Assembly (NCBI GenBank): GCA_044892525.1
Contig: CM097885.1
Coordinates: forward strand, 35,900,001 to 35,964,000
Direction: 5' to 3'
DNA: 64,000 bases
From: Schmidtea polychroa
Lineage: Eukaryota
In this document: one piece after another, positions 63,729 through 64,000 of the stretch
How the letters are laid out: each line of letters opens with the position of its first letter
Position numbering within the stretch: the first letter of the stretch is position 1
Position numbers and translations under genes: made by a program
Notes under the pieces: model-generated
The model's database searches: none
The model's input: the letters and a program-made list of their open reading frames with translations, nothing else
Told to the model about the DNA's origin: nothing

Positions 63729-64000
63729 TTAATAAAAATACAATCTTTCCAGTATTATTGCATGATATTCATCTGTAAATAATAATATGATAAATACAAT
63801 TAATATTAAAATTTGCCATAATGTTTATGTTCTTTCATGGCTGCTATAGCTGAACTTTGAATATTGTACATGGTTTAAAAATGATAACTAAACCCAAAAC
63901 ATTTTGTTATAAATAATCATCATTTAATAAGATTTCGACCAATCAGAATCATGCATTTCAATTGCACTGAATTTGCAATGATAAATAATTAATTAAGTGA

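Overview
Very AT-rich, intron-rich eukaryotic DNA with many (TTA)n and (TA)n microsatellites. The composition, short introns (about 40-55 nt) and TE spectrum suggest a planarian or other flatworm, but this is inference. There are two host genes: the last exons of a tyrosine-motif-rich protein (591-8551, +) and eight exons of a divergent aromatic-L-amino-acid decarboxylase (45762 to beyond 59348, +). The dominant structure is a 16,016-bp non-coding fold-back element (10875-26890). It has arms of about 7.4 and 7.6 kb that are near-perfect inverted copies, a spacer of about 1 kb, AGTAG...CTACT termini and a perfect 6-bp TSD (ACAGTG), which is the end signature of Maverick/Polinton elements. A MITE present in only one arm argues against an assembly artefact. 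Other notable items are a hAT-bounded, intronless in-frame Rab1::proteasome-alpha6 chimeric ORF downstream of a repeated GC-rich hairpin, Penelope-like elements with minimal hammerhead ribozymes, and a cassette of three tiny virus-like genes (62350-63730) beside a motif shared with the giant palindrome. The window also holds two solo LTRs, a decayed Gypsy element and several hAT, piggyBac, Merlin-like and Tc1/pogo-like remnants. All calls come from reading the sequence by eye; no database searches were run.
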